A DNA stretch of 64,000 nucleotides from NCBI GenBank assembly GCA_963833985.1, contig CAWIAD010000002.1:4576001-4640000 (forward strand), in the 5' to 3' direction. Each line of letters opens with the position of its first letter. Position 1 is the stretch's first letter. Below the pieces are notes generated by a model. The model ran no database searches, had not been told where the DNA came from, and saw only the letters and a program-made list of their open reading frames with translations. This document shows, one piece after another, positions 62,956-64,000 of this stretch. The position numbers were made by a program, and so were the translations under genes. This stretch comes from an uncultured Planctomycetaceae bacterium. GTDB lineage: Bacteria; Planctomycetota; Planctomycetia; Isosphaerales; Isosphaeraceae.

Positions 62956-63561
62956 TCAGCGGATGAACCGTCCCGGTGCAGTTCGCATCGTCGCGGAGAC
63001 GCGCCTGCGCCGCCAGAGCGCGCACCCGGCCACACCTCCCAGCCCGAGCGAAAGCAGAAGCAGCGAGGCGGGCTCGGGAACGACCATGATCTGCCCCCGG
63101 ATCTCTCCCATGGGAAAAGCGACGGTGTGGATGTTGAAGTAGGTGTCGCCCGCCTCGATGGCGCTGACGGCCTGAGCGAAGGTTGTGATGCCGTTGCCGG
63201 CGTCAGGCAGCAGGTCGGCCGCGGTGAGCGTGGTCGAGAACGCGCCCGATATGACCCCGGTCGGGAAGTTCAGGAACGGGAAGAGGATGGGGCCCGAGGT
63301 GCCGGCAGGCCCGAAGTGAATGTGGGCCGGTCCGGGCACGCCAGTGGGAGTTGCCACGGGGGATGTCAGACCGGAGAAACTCAGCGTGATGCTGAGCGTG
63401 TCGAGTGTCGAGTTGAACTCGACCGTACCGAATCCGGTTCCCGTCGACGGCGATTCCCCATCGCCGCTGAGCGTGGCCGTGGCGATGAAATCGCTTCGGG
63501 CTGACGAGTTCAAGGCCAGCAGGAACGCCAGAGAGACTGCACCGAGCCATGCGCGAGACAT
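62956..63561 (-). CDS. CHRD-domain PEP-CTERM protein
   Basis: ATLSGDGE, AHIH, YFNIHTVAFPMGEIRGQI (CHRD); C-terminal VPEPASLLLLSLGLGG...WRRRR. Confidence 0.9.
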   Translation of the reverse strand: MSRAWLGAVSLAFLLALNSSARSDFIATATLSGDGESPSTGTGFGTVEFNSTLDTLSITLSFSGLTSPVATPTGVPGPAHIHFGPAGTSGPILFPFLNFPTGVISGAFSTTLTAADLLPDAGNGITTFAQAVSAIEAGDTYFNIHTVAFPMGEIRGQIMVVPEPASLLLLSLGLGGVAGCALWRRRRVSATMRTAPGRFIR

Positions 63562-63808
63562 GAGAAGTTCTCCATGTTCCAGTCGTGACGGTCGAATGAC
63601 CGTGGTACGGGCCGATGGCGCGGGCGGTCGCAATGGCCTTGGTGATGCGAAGACTTACATTCGGGTCATGATCGATTGTCAAGGGCAACAGAAGCACGCG
63701 GTGGCTGAATTGCTCTTCACTCTTCTCCGCGCCTTCCGGGCCGCAGTTACCATAGCAAAACGCCGGCCGCTGTTTCAATCGACTGTATTTATATCTTGAG
63801 AATTTTTC

Positions 63809-64000
63809 ATGATGTACCCGGGTGGCACGCACCACGTTCGCGGGGGCACCCCTGGGACCATCGGGGTTGTGTTGCGGCCCGTGCTTCGTCGCATCGCTCG
63901 CCAGCCGGGATCATTGGCTTGCATGCTCACGCTGGCGGGGTTCCTGACCATCGCTTGCTGGGTTGGCGTAACTCTGGCTTTTGGTCGGGCAGACGCCCCG
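63809..64000 (+). CDS. Partial ORF running off the window end, possibly secreted or membrane-anchored
   Basis: Open frame to the end of the window with hydrophobic stretch LACMLTLAGFLTIACWVGVTLAFG. Confidence 0.3.
   Translation, partial: MMYPGGTHHVRGGTPGTIGVVLRPVLRRIARQPGSLACMLTLAGFLTIACWVGVTLAFGRADAP

Noticed and set aside
60573..62966. Long opposite-strand ORFs (60573..62966, 19208..20926, 25497..27473, 33645..35429, 36235..37947, 4319..5788, 7202..8941)
   Set aside because: These are antisense shadows of well-supported genes, as expected in high-GC DNA, and show no family motifs.
1..64000. tRNA or rRNA genes, including selC
   Set aside because: No cloverleaf or rRNA-like sequence was recognised by eye. 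This is not excluded without tRNAscan/Infernal.

Overview
GC-rich bacterial chromosomal segment, most likely a Planctomycete (Isosphaeraceae-like). This is inferred from a planctomycete-type 'EQLDHRQLLS' export motif, a planctomycete-type ECF sigma factor, a Ser/Thr kinase, PEP-CTERM proteins and an LpxC-FabZ fusion. Housekeeping genes include der, topA, acpS, a UvrD/PcrA helicase, pdxJ, dapA, skp-lpxC/fabZ-lpxA, rplM-rpsI and alaS, mixed with secreted carbohydrate-active enzymes. About 15 genes, including essential der and alaS, are broken by short indels, which points to long-read consensus error rather than real pseudogenes. The best candidate for an undescribed system is a minus-strand operon at 39126-42396. 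It encodes a TetR/NemR-like repressor with a perfect 22-bp palindromic operator, a Met-rich (GGMDKDKM)x5 lipoprotein, a cytochrome b, a Tat-exported MsrP-like molybdoenzyme and a secreted peroxiredoxin-like protein. In that last gene an in-frame UGA sits in a U-x-x-C motif and is followed by a SECIS-like hairpin, so it is probably a selenoprotein that the ORF track splits in two. A DUF1223 thioredoxin-fold gene is transcribed divergently. Other notable items: a decayed group II intron whose RT is joined exactly at the PQ|GG motif to a large serine recombinase remnant, next to a REP-like 35-bp tandem repeat; an atypical toxin-like + TPR gene pair; a cryptic SASA-ThuA-ADP-ribosylglycohydrolase fusion; a sulfatase-fold enzyme with Thr at the nucleophile position; and two divergent paralogous surface proteins with different sorting signals. 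Family assignments come from motif recognition by eye; no database searches were run.
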